Counted from the first letter of the stretch, positions 49,041 to 61,585 are shown. The stretch is 64,000 nt of DNA from Macrostomum hystrix (GCA_950097015.1 CATNEN010000001.1:21452001-21516000), one strand, 5' to 3'. The notes: generated from the letters alone by a model not told the origin. Numbers and translations are program-made.

Positions 49041-51792
49041 CAACAGCTCAGATCCCGAGGCTCAGCGGGGCGAAGATGTCGCAGGCCTGGACGCGGAGTT
49101 CAGTTTGAGTGCTCAGCCGAGCGCCACCTTGGCTAACTTTTTGGCCGACTGGCGCGCCATCGACCCGACGTCTGGCCAGGCCTGCTGGCAGCGCAACCGG
49201 GTGGCGCGCCAGCACCTGAACCACCTGCTGCACACGCGAATGTTTCAGGTGACCAACTTGTCACTAACTAGTATGCAGGCTCTGAGAAACTCGGACTCCA
49301 TCCATGCACCGTTCCCGTCTCTCCTGTATCTCTCTTTAATATGTCCCGTGTCTCATCTCTCCCGTGTCTCATCTCTCCCGTGTCTCATCTCTCCCGTGTC
49401 TCATCTCTCCCGTGTCTCATCTCTCCCGTGTCACATCTCTCCCGTGTCTCATCTCTCCCGTGTCTCATCTCTCCCGTGTCTCATCTCTCCCGTGTCACAT
49501 CTCTCCCGTGTCTCATCTCTCCCGTGTCTCATCTCTCCCGTGTCTCATCTCTCCCGTGTCTCATCTCTCCCGTGTCTCATTTCTCCCGTGTCTTATCTCT
49601 CCCGTGTCTCATCTCTCCCGTGTCTCATCTCTTCCGTGTCACATCTCTCCCGTGTCTCATCTCTCCCGTGTCTCATCTCTTCCGTGTCTCATCTCTCCCA
49701 TGTCTCATCTCTCCCTGTCTCATCTCTCCCGTGTCTCATCTCTTCCGTGTCACATCTCTCCCGTGTCTCATCTCTCCCGTGTCTCATCTCTCCCGAGTCT
49801 CATCTCTCCCATGTCTCATCTCTCCCGTGTCTCATCTCTCCCGTGTCTCATCTCTCCCGTGTCTCATCTCTCCAGTGTCTCATCTCTCCCATGTCTCATC
49901 TCTCCCATGTCTCATCTCTCCCGTGTCTCATCTCTTCCGTGTCACATCTCTCCCGTGTCTCATCTCTCCCGTGTCTCATCTCTCCCATGTCTCATCTCTC
50001 CCGTGTCTCATCTCTCCCGTGTCTCATCTCTCCCATGTCTCATCTCTCCCATGTCTCATCTCTCCCATGTCTCATCTCTCCCGTGTCTCATCTCTTCCGT
50101 GTCACATCTCTCCCGTGTCTCATCTCTCCCGTGTCTCATCTCTCCCGTGTCTCATCTATCCCGTGTCTCATCTATCCCGTGTCTCATCTATCCCCATTTT
50201 TAGTATTCTAATAACTCGCGGAGGGTCCGACTATTCCCTGCAGATTCTGATCATCGTCCTGGTGCTGATCGATGCAGTGATTGTGGTGGCCGAGTTGGCT
50301 ATCGATCTGGGCCTTCTAAATTCCGACGGACGTCAGGGGCTCGAGTCAAGCCCATGGCCCCGCCTGTTGCACGCTGTCAGCTTGTCCATTCTGACCTTCT
50401 TTCTCCTGGAAGCCGGCGCCAAACTCTACGCGATGGGTCTCAGCATACTGCACCACAAGATGGAACTGCTGGACATGTTTATCATTGTAGTGTCTTTCGG
50501 CCTGGATGTGGCCAGTGCTGTGCCAGGGTCACAGCTCACCGCTCTGTTCGGCCTAGTGGTGCTGCTGCGCCTGTGGCGGGTTGTGAGGATTGTTAACAGT
50601 GAGTAGCCCACCTGCCTTCAGTGTTTTCCTCAGCCCCTGAGCCTTCAATGTCTGATGGACCTCAGGACCAGAGCCTTCTGTATTTTCCTCAGCCCCTGAG
50701 CCTTCAGTGTCAGATCCACCTCAGTCCCTGAGCCTTCAGTGTCAGATCCACATCAGCCCCTGAGCCTTCAGTGTCAGATCCACCTCAGTCCCTGAGCCTT
50801 CATTGTCTGATGGACCTCAGGACCAGAGCCTTCTGTATTTTCCTCAGTCCCTGAGCCTTCAGTGTCAGATCCACCTCAGTCCCTGAGCCTTCATTGTCTG
50901 ATGGACCTCAGGACCAGAGCCTTCTGTATTTTCCTCAGCCCCTGAGCCTTCACTGTTTTTCTCAGCCCCTGAGCCTTCAGTGTCAGATCCACCTCAGCCC
51001 CTGAGCCTTCAGTGTTTTCCTCAGCCCTGAGCCTTCAGTGCTTTCCTCAGCCCCTGAGCCTTCACTGTTTTTCTCAGCCCCTGAGCCTTCAGTGTTTTCC
51101 TCAGCCCCTGAGCCTTCAGTGTCAGATCCACCCCTGAGCCTTCAGTGTCTGATCCACCCCTGAGCCTTCAGTGTCAGATCCACCCCTGAGCCTTCAGTGT
51201 CAGATCCACCCCTGAGCCTTCAGTGTCTGATCCACCCCTGAGCCTTCAGTGTCAGATCCACCCCTGAGCCTTCAGTGTCAGATCCACCTCAGCCCCTGAG
51301 CCTTCAGTGTCAGATCCACCCCTGAGCCTTCAGTGTCAGATCCACCCCTGAGCCTTCAGTGTCAGATCCACCCCTGAGCCTTCAGTGTCAGATCCACCTC
51401 AGCCCCTGAGCCTTCAGTGTCAGATCCACCTCAGCCCCTGAGCCTTCAGTGTCAGATCCACCCCTGCTCTCCATCCAGGCATCGCCCTGTCGGTGCGCCT
51501 TCAGGGCCAGAAGTCGCTGGCCAGACAGGTCGAGCTGCGCGCAGCAGCCGAGCAGCGCTGCGAAGAGCTTTTGAAGCGGCTAGGCGAGCTGAACGCCGGC
51601 CTTGGCGAAGCCCTGGCACTGCTGACTGTGGATTGCGGGCCAACTCCACCTGCAGTCAGTCCTGCCACGTTGAAACGATTAAAGATGCTGCTAGAGCTCT
51701 CTGCACCTGAGCAGCAGCAGCAGCAGCAGCAATCAACGAAAGGTTCTTCCATAGTTGAAGAAGATGCTGCTGTTAACAGTGGCGATGCTTAG
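49033..51792 (+). CDS. HVCN1: Voltage-gated proton channel Hv1, 294 aa; exons 49033-49248, 50244-50598, 51479-51792
   Basis: S1 ILIIVLVLIDAVIVVAELAID carries the selectivity Asp; S2 LHAVSLSILTFFLLE; S3 ELLDMFIIVVSFGLD; S4 LLRLWRVVRIVN (RxWRxxR..N). C-terminal coiled coil, with no pore or phosphatase domain. Confidence 0.93.
49343..50192. repeat. 16-bp minisatellite (TCTCATCTCTCCCGTG)n filling Hv1 intron 1
   Basis: About 53 copies; reverse complement of the array in the hAT MITE. Confidence 0.97.
50614..51465. repeat. 26/32-bp minisatellite filling Hv1 intron 2
   Basis: CCCTGAGCCTTCAGTGTCAGATCCAC(CTCAGC); ends about 13 bp before the exon. Confidence 0.95.
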
Positions 51793-52008
51793 GTCCAGTC
51801 GATTTATAGTTTTTAACTTTGGCTTACTGATTTTCTCAAGATCGATAAAAAATCTCCTGCAATTTCTATGAATTGTTTCCCATACCCTATCTGCTTCAAG
51901 CTCCTATCATTCTTTACAATAGCCTAAATTATTTATTTATTTAGTTAATCATGCTAAGCGTATATGTGATTATGGACTAAAGGCTTTAATGTTAAAGGTA
52001 CGCTCGTA

Positions 52009-53088
52009 ACTGCAGTCCCTGAAGGTTTAGAGGATGGGTTTGGCTGCAGTTCCTGATGGTTCAGGGAATGGTTTGGCTGCAGTCCCTGAAGGTTTAGAGG
52101 ATGGGTTTGGCTGCAGTTCCTGATGGTTTAGAAGATGGGTTTGGCTGCAGTTCCTGATGGTTCAGGAAACGGGTTTGGCTGCAGTCCCTGAAGGTTCAGG
52201 GAACGGGCTTTTCTGCAGCTCCTGAAGGTTCAGGGAACGGGTTTGGCTGCAGTCCCTGAAGGTTCAGGGAACGGGTTTGGCTGCTGTCCCTGAAGGTTCA
52301 GGGAATGGTTTGGCTGCAGTTCCTGATGGTTCAGGGAACGGGTTTGGCTTCTGTCCCTGAAGGTTCAGGGAATGGTTTGGCTGCATTCCCTGAAGGTTCA
52401 GGGAACGGGTTTGGCTGCATTCCCTGAAGGTTCAGGGAACGGGTTTGGCTGCTGTCCCTGAAGGTTCAGGGAATGGTTTGGCTGCATTCCCTGATGGTTC
52501 AGGGAACGGGTTTAGCTGCTGTCCCTGAAGGTTCAGGGAATGGTTTGGCTGCATTCCCTGAAGGTTCAGGAAATGGGTTTGGCTGCAGTTCCTGAAGGTT
52601 CAGGGAATGGTTTGGCTGCATTCCCTGAAGGTTCAGGAAATGGGCTTGGCTGCAGTCCCTGAAGGTTCAGGGAACGGGTTTGCCTGCTGTCCCTGAAGGT
52701 TCAGGGAATGGTTTAGCTGCAGTCCCTGAAGGTTCAGGGAACGGGTTTAGCTGCAGTCCCTGAAGGTTCAGGGAACGGGTTTGCCTGCTGTCCCTGAAGG
52801 TTCAGGGAATGGTTTAGCTGCAGTCCCTGAAGGTTCAGGGAACGGGTTTAGCTGCAGTCTCTGAAGGTTCAGGGAACGGGTTTGGCTGCAGTCCCTGAAA
52901 GTTCAGGGAATGGTTTTGCTGCAGTCCTTGAAGGTTCAGGAAATGGGTTTGGCTGCAGCTACTGAATATTCAGGGGATGGGTTTGGCTGCAGGCCCTGAA
53001 GGTTCAGGAAATGGGTTTGGCTGCAGTCCCTGAAGGTTCAGGGAACGGGTTAGGCTGCAGCTACTGAATATTCAGGGGATGGGTTCAG
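52009..53088. repeat. 33-34-bp minisatellite with internal palindrome TCCCTGAA-GG-TTCAGGGA
   Basis: CTGCAGTCCCTGAAGGTTCAGGGAACGGGTTTGG, about 32 copies. Confidence 0.95.
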
Positions 53089-53849
53089 GTATTACTATAG
53101 AATTAGTAGTGTCTTTGTTATATTCACTACAGTTTATTTACTTTTCCCAACATTGTAAAAACGATAATATTTTTCTTTCTTCTCAAATATTGTCGATTTT
53201 GTAATATTGTATTTTGCACCTATTAAAAAGTATTATTCGGTTGCATAATAATTATAATTTTGGCACTGTGATTTACATTCCAGATTTTTATCTACATTTT
53301 CTAATGATTTATGATTGATTGCATTTCCATCTTATTGAATTTTTGGTGCACATAAAAGTTTTTGTTTTCAGTTTAAGTTAGATTTTTATATCAATTGTAC
53401 ACAAAATATACACAGGTTAATTTATGTGATTCTTCGTTATGTTTTTCGCTTATTGATTTTCCTATCATTTACATTTTTAGCTTCAAATTAAATTTTCTTT
53501 AAAAAAAGTTCACATTTTTTTCACTTTCATTCAGTCTTTTGGAAGACAAGGCATAGATAATTTATTTGAATAAGCAATCAGCAAATCAAAGTGAGAAACT
53601 TAACAGTAACAAAACTTTTGCTTTGAGCGTTTAGTGTGCGTGCTTAGTGTACAAAACGGTAAATAGAATTTAATAACTAAGGATTTAACATCTTTTTGTT
53701 ACTTGATAACTAGGCAGACAGGTAATCAATTTTGGATTGACAAAATCAACTATGCTAGTCTATACCTGATGTTAGATGAGCACCTAAACATGGCTTCTAT
53801 GATTGTACTTGCCATCCTCGACTGCTCAACTCGTTTTTGAGTAGCTATA

Positions 53850-54315
53850 GAACAGCTGAACACTCATTCTGTCTAACAGGTTGTCATAACAATCGAACAG
53901 CTGAACACTTATTCTGTCTAACAGGTTGTCATAACAATCGAACAGCTGAACACTTGTTCTGTCTAACAGGTTGTCATAACAATCGAACAGCTGAACACTT
54001 ATTCTGTCTAACAGGTTGTCATAACAATCGAACAGCTGAACACTTATTCTGTCTAACAGATAATGACTTTCTGTCTAACAGATAATGACTTTCTGTTTAA
54101 CAGGTTGTCATAACAATCGAACAGCTGAACACTTATTCTGTCTAACAGGTTGTCATAACAATCGAACAGCTGAACACTTATTCTGTCTAACAGGACATAA
54201 CCATCGAACAGCTGAACACTCATTCTGTCTAACAGGTTGTCATAACAATCGAACAGCTGAACACTTGTTCTGTCTAACAGATAATGACTTTCTGTCTAAC
54301 CGGTTCTCATAACCA
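53850..54315. repeat. 45-bp minisatellite
   Basis: GAACAGCTGAACACTTATTCTGTCTAACAGGTTGTCATAACAATC. Confidence 0.93.
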
Positions 54316-54515
54316 TCGCTGTTAGACTGAAGGTACTAAACTCAATCCTATTTGTTAGGCAGTTGAGTATTAAGTCCTAATTGTAAAGTTTTTTTAATTC
54401 TAAAATGCAGTCAAGAAGCCTCAGTCTAACACCTTGTCTAACCGTGTGTCTGGAGCACCAATGTGCTCAAATGTCAGCGCCAGAGCATGGTCACACCGTG
54501 AAGTCGTTGAGTCCT

Positions 54516-56842
54516 CTACTTGATCTCCTCGAGTCCCTGCAAGCCCGCCTGCAGCTCGGCTTCAATTTCGGCTGCCATCGAGTCCTGCTTGCGACAGTCC
54601 TCCTGCAGCCGCTGCAGCTCCCGGCACCGCCTGGCCAATTCGTGCTCCGCCGCCTCTGCGCGCTCCAGGACCTCCGCTAGCCGAGCCTGCGGGCCAGGCC
54701 GGGGGAAATCTCACCCCCACTCTGGAAATCTCACCCTCCTACTTGGAAATCTCACCCTCCTACTTTGCAAATCTCACACCCTACTTTGCAAATCTCACAC
54801 CCTACTTTGCAAATCTCACACCCTACTCTGGAAATCTCACCTACTCTGGAAATCTCACCCCTACTTTATAAATCTCACACCTAGTGAGGGAATTCCACCA
54901 CTTATTTGGAAATCTCACCCCCTATTCTAAAAATCTCACCCTTACTCTAGAAGTCTCACATCTTACTCTGAAAATATCACTGCCTACTTTGGTTATCTCA
55001 CACTTCCTACTCTAAAAATCTCACCCGACTCTGGAAATCTCACCCCTACTAAAAAATCTTACACCCTAATGTTGAGATCTCAGCCCTACCGTATGAAATC
55101 TCACTCCCTACTTTAGAAATCCCAAGGAAGTCCCACCTTGAGCTCGGCGGCTGTCGTATCGTGCTCATCCTCAGCCTCGGAGGCCTTGGCGCATCGCTTC
55201 TCAAACTCCTTGGCCTGCTCCTGACTGTCCGCCAGGCTGCGCGTCAGGTCGGCCAGGTTGAACTCGGCCGCATCCGCCCTGGCGTCGGCCCTCGCCGCCG
55301 ACGCCTCGGCCGCTTTCAACCGACGGGATTCTTCCTCCAGCTGGCTGCTCAACTCCCCTAGGCGCTGCTTGGCCTCCTTGAGTTTCTTCTCCAGGTCGTC
55401 CACTGCCGCCTCCTGCAGCGGCGGGGAGAGAACCGGATTTGGGAGGGATTACCGATCTTTTGTGATGAATCAACGATTCACTGTAATAATATTAACGAAT
55501 CATCAAGAACGATTAACGAATCAGTGGGGTGGATTATCAGCTCCTACCAAGAGCCTTCGGAATGATTAACAACTAGTACGGAGGGATTAACAGCTGATAC
55601 GAAGGGATTAACTGCTGATAAGGAGGGATTAACAGCTGATACGAAGGGATTAACTGCTGATAAGGAGGGATTAACTGCTGATAAGGAGGGATTATTAACT
55701 CGTTAGGGATGGATTAACAACTCGTTAGGGATGGATTAACAACTTGTAGCGAGGGATTAACAACTATTTGAAAGGGATTAGCAGCTGGTAGGGAGGAATA
55801 AAGAACTCGTAGAGAGGGATCAGTGACTAATCGCTAGCGATTAAACATTCATCGTAACGGATTATCGGCTGAGCGAGCCGGAGGAATTGAGGAGTACATG
55901 CAAACCCCAGCGGCCCACCTGCTCAGTGCTGGCCTTCTCTCTTGAGCTCCTCTCTGTCTCGGTGAGTTCAGCTTCGTCTTTGGCGTCGGCCAGTCGCTGC
56001 TCGGCCTCGGCCAGCCGTCGGGCTGCGGCGTCCGTCTCGCGCTCCAGCGCCGCCACGCGTCTCTCCTGATCCTCGCGCTCGGCTTCCAGATCTTCGCGCT
56101 TTCGGTGCTCCTCCTGAAGGGAGACGGGGTGAGAAGGGAGATGGGAAGGCTGATGGGGAGAGGCAGATTAAGAGGTAGATTACAAGAGGTAAAAATAAAA
56201 AAAAGCCTTCTCTACGAAATAAATGTGGCCTCGCCTTGGAATCGAGCTCAGGGACCTTGGTGCGAGGAAGAGAAGTAGATAGAGAAAGGTAGATAGTAGA
56301 GAGGTAGATATCGAGTGGTTGATACGTGTACTTTTAAGCAGATTGAGAGGCAGATAGGGAGAGGTTGATAGAGAAAGGTAGATAGGACGACGGTAGATAG
56401 GGGGAGGTAGATAGAGAAAGGTAGATAGGGAGAGGTAGATAGAGAAAGGTAGATAGGACGACAGGTAGATAGGGGGAGGTAGATAGAGAAAGGTAGATAA
56501 GTAGGTGAATACTTTTAAGCAGATAGAGAGGTAGATTGAGGCAGCTGAGGAGAGGGAGAGGCAGATAAGAATGATAATTAGATAGATATAGATAGATGTA
56601 GATAGAGAGTTAAATTGAGTTGCATCAAAATACATATTTAGGCTCAGGGTTATATAGCGGCTCATTGCTAGATGCAGATAAAAGCAGGCAGATACTTAGA
56701 GTTAGATGGACAGGCTTGACAGCTAGGCAGATAGATTCGAGTATACCTTGAGTTTCAATCGAATATCTTCCAGTCTTGCCGACTTGTCGTCCAGCTCAGT
56801 TCGCATGGTGGTCACCCGATTTTTCAAATCCACCATCGCCAT
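54516..56842 (-). CDS. Short tropomyosin-like coiled-coil protein, 245 aa; exons 56842-56747, 56113-55919, 55412-55137, 54686-54516
   Basis: MAMVDLKNRVTTMRTELDDKSARLEDIRLKLK|EEHRKREDLEAE...VAALERE...|EAAVDDLEKKLKEAK...ARADARADAAE...|ARLAEVLERAEAAEHEL...GLEEIK*. Proline-free heptad pattern, length typical of short tropomyosins, all introns phase 0 GT-AG. Confidence 0.8.
54705..55115. repeat. Degenerate ~21-23-bp minisatellite filling tropomyosin-like intron 3
   Basis: GGAAATCTCACCCCTACTCT variants. Confidence 0.85.
55575..55800. repeat. Degenerate ~21-bp minisatellite in tropomyosin-like intron 2
   Basis: GAGGGATTAACTGCTGATAAG variants. Confidence 0.8.
56203..56266 (-). mobile_element. SINE family A head fragment
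   Basis: TGTGGCCTCGCCTTGGAATCGAGCTCAGGGACCTTGGTGCGAG is the near reverse complement of about 40421-40463. Confidence 0.7.
56270..56540. repeat. Degenerate purine-rich (AGGTAGATAG) array in tropomyosin-like intron 1
   Basis: Repeated AGGTAGATAG core. Confidence 0.75.
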
Positions 56843-57479
56843 GTTGATAAAAAAGAGACTTAAGAACCAGTCAAGATTGGAAATTTCTGGAGTAGAAAAG
56901 CCGAGTGTTCAAATTGAGCTCGAGTTTGTTAGCCCCCGGCCTTTTAAGGTATGGCTCGGGTCTGCGGAATGTACGCCCGCCCCTGGCCTAGTTGAAGACA
57001 CACACAGAGAGTTCAAGTCGCGTCTCTTCTTTTCGACCTTTTATTATAATTACTCTGCGAGGCGGCTGCTTTAGCAGAATAAATTTCTTCCTGCCTTTCT
57101 GTGCTCAAACCGGCAAGAAATTTATGCGCAGTTGTGTGCGGTAGGGGAGGTCGGAAGGTAGGGGCTGGCTGCACAATGCTCCTACTGGCTAGTGGCCGTG
57201 CTATAGCAAGTGTGCCAGGGTAGCTCTCTCTTAAACTGGTCCCGTGTTATCGTTTCCTCCTCAATCCGACCAGCACAACACAATCAATGCTGTGTATTAT
57301 GCGCGCACAATGCAATCACTACTCATTGCGGCAACTACAGTCCTAGTGAACGCGCATTTTTTTATAAATCTCTTAATTTTGTCTATACTGTGTGCTTGCT
57401 CATGACTTTTAGGAATAAATGACAATGTTCTCCGGCTTTTCAACACACTGCTCAGGGTAGACAAGAAAGTAAAGCAGCG

Positions 57480-58440
57480 AGTAGACAGTCGGGTAGACAG
57501 TCGGCTAGATAGTCGGGTAGACAGTCGGGTAGACAGTCGGGTAGACAGTCGGGTAGACAGTCGGGTAGACAGTCGGGTAGACAGTCGGGTAGACAGTCGG
57601 GTAGACAGTCGGGTAGACAGTCGGGTAGACAGTCGGCTAGATAGTCGGGTAGACAGTCGGGTAGACAGTCGGCTAGATAGTCGGGTAGGCAGTCGGGTAG
57701 ACAGTCGGATAGACAGTCGGGTAGACAGTCGGGTAGACAGTCGAGTAGGCAGTCGGGTAGACGGTCAGGTAGACAGTCGGGTTGACAATCGGTTAGACAG
57801 TCGGGTAGACAGGCGGGTTGACAATCGGGAAGACAGTCGGGTAGACGGTCAGGTAGACAGTCGGGTTGACAATCGGTTAGACAGTCGGGTAGACAGGCGG
57901 GTTGACAATCGGGAAGACAGTCGGGTAGACGGTCAGGTAGACAGTCGGGTTGACAATCGGTTAGACAGTCGGGTAGACAGGCGGGTTGACAATCGGGAAG
58001 ACAGTCGGGTAGACGGTCAGGTAGACAGTCGGGTTGACAATCGGTTAGACAGTCAGGTAGACAAGCGGGTTGACAATCGGGAAGACAGTCGGATTGACAA
58101 TGGGGCAGGCAGCCAGGTAGACATCCGGGTAGACAGTCGGGTAGACAGTCAGGTAGACAGTCGGGTAGACAGTCGGTTAGATTTTCGGGTAGATAATCGG
58201 GTAGACAGTCGGGTAGATAGTCGGGTAGACATTAGGGTAGATTTTCGGGTACATAGTCGGGTAGACAGACGGATTGATAGTCGGGTAGACATTAGGGTAG
58301 ATTTTCGGGTAGATAGTCGGGTAGACAGTCGGATAGATAGTCGGGTAGACAGTAGGGTAGATTTCGGGTAGATTTTTGGGTAGACAGTCGGGTAGACAGT
58401 CGGGTGGACAGTCGGGTAGACAGTCGGGTAGACAATCGAG
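57480..58440. repeat. 12-bp minisatellite (GTCGGGTAGACA)n
   Basis: About 80 copies with higher-order variant blocks. Confidence 0.95.
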
Positions 58441-58697
58441 CAGACATTAGTTTATATTTTTGCATTTAAAATTTTAACTGAAAGGCTTCATCTCAGGTTT
58501 AGTATTTCTATAATTTACAGCATTCTCGGAGTTTTAAGGAAAGCTTGTCACGTTTCTGAGAGCAGAGCAAAAGTAAAAGTGGCAAAAGTACAAATAATTG
58601 TACTCAGCAGTGTCTGAAAAACAAATGAACTCTTTGAAGAATACGATAAATATCTAACAATTAAAGCTGACTTTAACATTCTAATATTTTGAGCAGT

Positions 58698-59167
58698 TTG
58701 GCAAAGCGCAGTTATTGGTCAGTGGATGGTCCAATCATTATCTAAGGTGTGGCAAAGCGCAGTTATTGGTCAGTGGATGGTCCAATCATTATCTAAGGTG
58801 TGGCAAAGCGCAGTTATTGGTCAGTGGATGGTCCAATCATTATCTAAGGTGTGGCAAAGCGCAGTTATTGGTCAGTGGATGGTCCAATCATTATCTAAGG
58901 TGTGGCAAAGCGCAGTTATTGGTCAGTGGATGGTCCAATCATTATCTAAGTTGTGGCAAAGCGCAGTTATTGGTCAGTGGATGGTCCAATCATTATCTAA
59001 GGTGTGGCAAAGCGCAGTTATTGGTCAGTGGATGGTCCAATCATTATCTAAGGTGTGGCAAAGCGCAGTTATTGGTCAGTGGATGGTCCAATCATTATCT
59101 AAGGTGTGGCAAAGCGCAGTTATTGGTCAGTGGATGGTCCAATCATTATCTAAGGTGTGGCAAAGCG
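58698..59167. repeat. 51-bp minisatellite, 9 almost identical copies
   Basis: TGGCAAAGCGCAGTTATTGGTCAGTGGATGGTCCAATCATTATCTAAGGTG. Confidence 0.96.
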
Positions 59168-59233
59168 GTTAGGGCATGTTTAAAGTCGCCCTGCTTAACT
59201 TTTATTCCTATCAAATAATGATCAACTAATAAT

Positions 59234-59489
59234 CAATAGAAAGAACACGGGGTATTTCAGAAAAGCACATCTTCATTATTTCCGTATCTTCCAAAATATT
59301 CAACCAATCGACATGAAAATCCAGAACACGGACTTCCAGAATCATAGAACATCTGTATGGTCGAGATATTCAATGATATATGTTAGTTAGCCTTGTCACC
59401 AGGGTCTTTGACAAGAATCGTGAAGTAGGTAGTGGGCATTTGAAATAGCCCGTGGCCTTGACCCAGAGGCAAAACTAGCCTTTCTGTTG
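59234..59489. mobile_element. TIR element relative of 27645-27878, 40 bp downstream of the CXorf58-like stop
   Basis: CAATAGAAAG / CTTTCTGTTG termini; shared GTGAAGTAGG(T/C)AGTGGGCATTTGAAATA. Confidence 0.6.
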
Positions 59490-59528
59490 TAAATGCAGAG
59501 TCTGTACGAGGGCCGGTGAAAGATTGTC

Positions 59529-61585
59529 TCAAGCGATCCTGGGTGATCCCAGCTGACCCTCCGTGAGCTCCTTGCTCCATTCGTACAGCATGTCAGCCTC
59601 CTCCTCGTCAAAGTCCTCCTCCTCTTCATCGTCGAGAAACTCTTCGCCGAGTTCACCCTCCTCGACAGCGTCAGCAGGCCGGAGGTCCCGCCGCAGCCAC
59701 CTGTCAGCGTCTTCAAGAGCGTCAGGTGGTTCGGCTTCGTCATCGAGACGACTGCCGCCGTTGCCGCTGGCGGACCGCAGGTAGACCTGGCGCATTTTTC
59801 TTGCCCTGGACATCGCCTGGCTCGACCGTCGACTTGTGCCGCCGCTGACTGCGGAGCCTCCGCTCTCGGCTGCCGCGGCGGCCGCCCACTTCTGCTTCCT
59901 GGCAGCCATGCGCCTCCGGTCCTCGGCTGTCAGTCGCGGCGCTTCCACCTCCGCCAGCACCCGCAGCTGCTCCCGGCGGACCTCTTGGCTCGATGGCAGG
60001 GCGGTCAGCAGCGGCAGGTGTCGCTGGAGGCGTTGCGTCATCCGCTTGGTTGCCAGGTAGTCGAACACGTCGCGAAACGCCGTGTGCCTCGGCGCTGCCT
60101 GGCTGGTGAGCTGCCGCCAGGTGTTGGCCTGCAGATTTCCAGGAATTGGGGAGTTCAGGTGAGGCTAAACTTAGAAATTTTAGGGGGTGTGACAACCCCT
60201 CCAGTCCATGGACTGAAGAGCTGTACACAGACTTTTGTACATCGAATGTTAGACAGCATGTTAGACACCATGTTAGACATCACGTTAGACATCATGTTAG
60301 ACAACCTTTATGTTAGACATGTTTGAAATTTTAGACATGTTAGACATGTTAGACAACCTGTTAGACAGCATGTTAGACAAGATGTTAGACAGCATGTTAG
60401 ACAGCCTGTTAGACAACCTGTTAGACAACCTGTTTGACAGCATGGCTGGGTAGACCTGGACAGCCTGTTAGACAGCCTGTTAGACAGCCTGTTAGACAGC
60501 CTGTTAGACAACCTGTTTGACAGCATGGCAGGGTAGACCTGGACAGCATGTTAGACAACCTGTTAGACAGCATGTTAGACAACCTGTTAGACAGCCTGTT
60601 AGACAACCTGTTAGACAACCTGTTTGACAGCATGGCTGGGTAGACCTGGACAGCCTGTTAGACAGCCTGTTAGACAGCCTGTTAGACAGCCTGTTAGACA
60701 ACCTGTTTGACAGCATGGCAGGGTAGACTTGGACAGCATGTTAGACAACCTGTTAGACAGCATGTTAGACAACCTGTTAGACAGCCTGTTAGACAACCTG
60801 TTAGACAACCTGTTAGACAGCCTGTTAGACAACCTGTTAGACAGCATGTTAGACAGCATGTTAGACAGCCTGTTAGACAACCTGTTAGACAGCCTGTTAG
60901 ACAGCCTGTTAGACAGCCTGTTAGACAACCTGTTTGACAGCATGGCAGGGTAGACCTGGACAGCATGTTAGACAACCTGTTAGACAGCATGTTAGACAAC
61001 CTGTTAGACAGCCTGTTAGGCAACCTGTTAGACAACCTGTTAGACAGCCTGTTAGACAACCTGTTAGACTAGACCCACCTTTCCGCCAACATCGGCTCCT
61101 GCCTCGTCCGTCACCGCCAGCAGTCTCATGAAGTCCTTGACAGTGACCACGTCGGTCTCGTCAGCGACGCCGTGCTGCAGCCTCATCAGCCCGTCGCGCA
61201 GCATCAGGTCGTAGTACCTGCGGTTGCCCATCATCTTGGCCGACTGGGCGGCTGCCTCGGTCTCCGCTCGGATGGTGCCCTTGCCGTTGACGTACTTCAC
61301 CCGGCAGCCAGCGTCCACATAAATCTTGTACAGAATTCGCGGCGGGAACTCGGCGCCACCGAATCGGAACCTGATCTTCAGCTGCAGCAGGCTCTGGTCT
61401 CGGCTAAAAAAGTCCGCCTCCCTCGGGGCGAGTTTGCGCAGAATCTCGTGAGTCAGCGAGTGCTCCGCCGCCGCCACGGTGCATTTGAGCAGGCGAAACA
61501 CCTGCCGATTCTTGTAGCCAAGCCAGGCCCGCTGGACGGTGGCCGCTGCCAGCTCACGATGGCCGATGTTGGAGGAACGATGCAT
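59529..61585 (-). CDS. CXorf58: CXorf58-like (CXorf58/C11orf65 family) protein; exons 61618 (ATG 61585)-61079 and 60128-59529; possible upstream exons at 61923-61873 and ending at 62043
   Basis: AATVQRAWLGYKNRQVFRLLKCTVAAAEHSLTHEILRKLAPREA...KIRFRFGGAEFPPRILYKIY...DVVTVKDF...DEAGADVGGK|ANTWRQL matches the recalled CXorf58 pattern (IQRAW...IFRLLK...RFRF.G..FPP.I.FKIF...GGRNNSWR); acidic C-terminus with LYEWSKEL. Confidence 0.8.
60186..60228 (+). mobile_element. SINE family B internal fragment
   Basis: GGTGTGACAACCCCTCCAGTCCATGGACTGAAGAGCTGTAC resembles about 27490-27530. Confidence 0.55.
60247..61069. repeat. 12-bp minisatellite (CTGTTAGACA[GC/AC])n with higher-order blocks, filling the CXorf58-like intron
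   Basis: Runs to within about 8 bp of the donor. Confidence 0.95.

Noticed and set aside
49249-50243. SHLSRVSSLPCLISPV repeat domain in Hv1
   Set aside because: It is the 16-bp intronic array; canonical splice sites join S0 to S1 in frame without it
52009-53088. CRISPR-like array of palindromic ~34-bp repeats
   Set aside because: Units are contiguous with no unique spacers, there are no cas genes, and the context is eukaryotic
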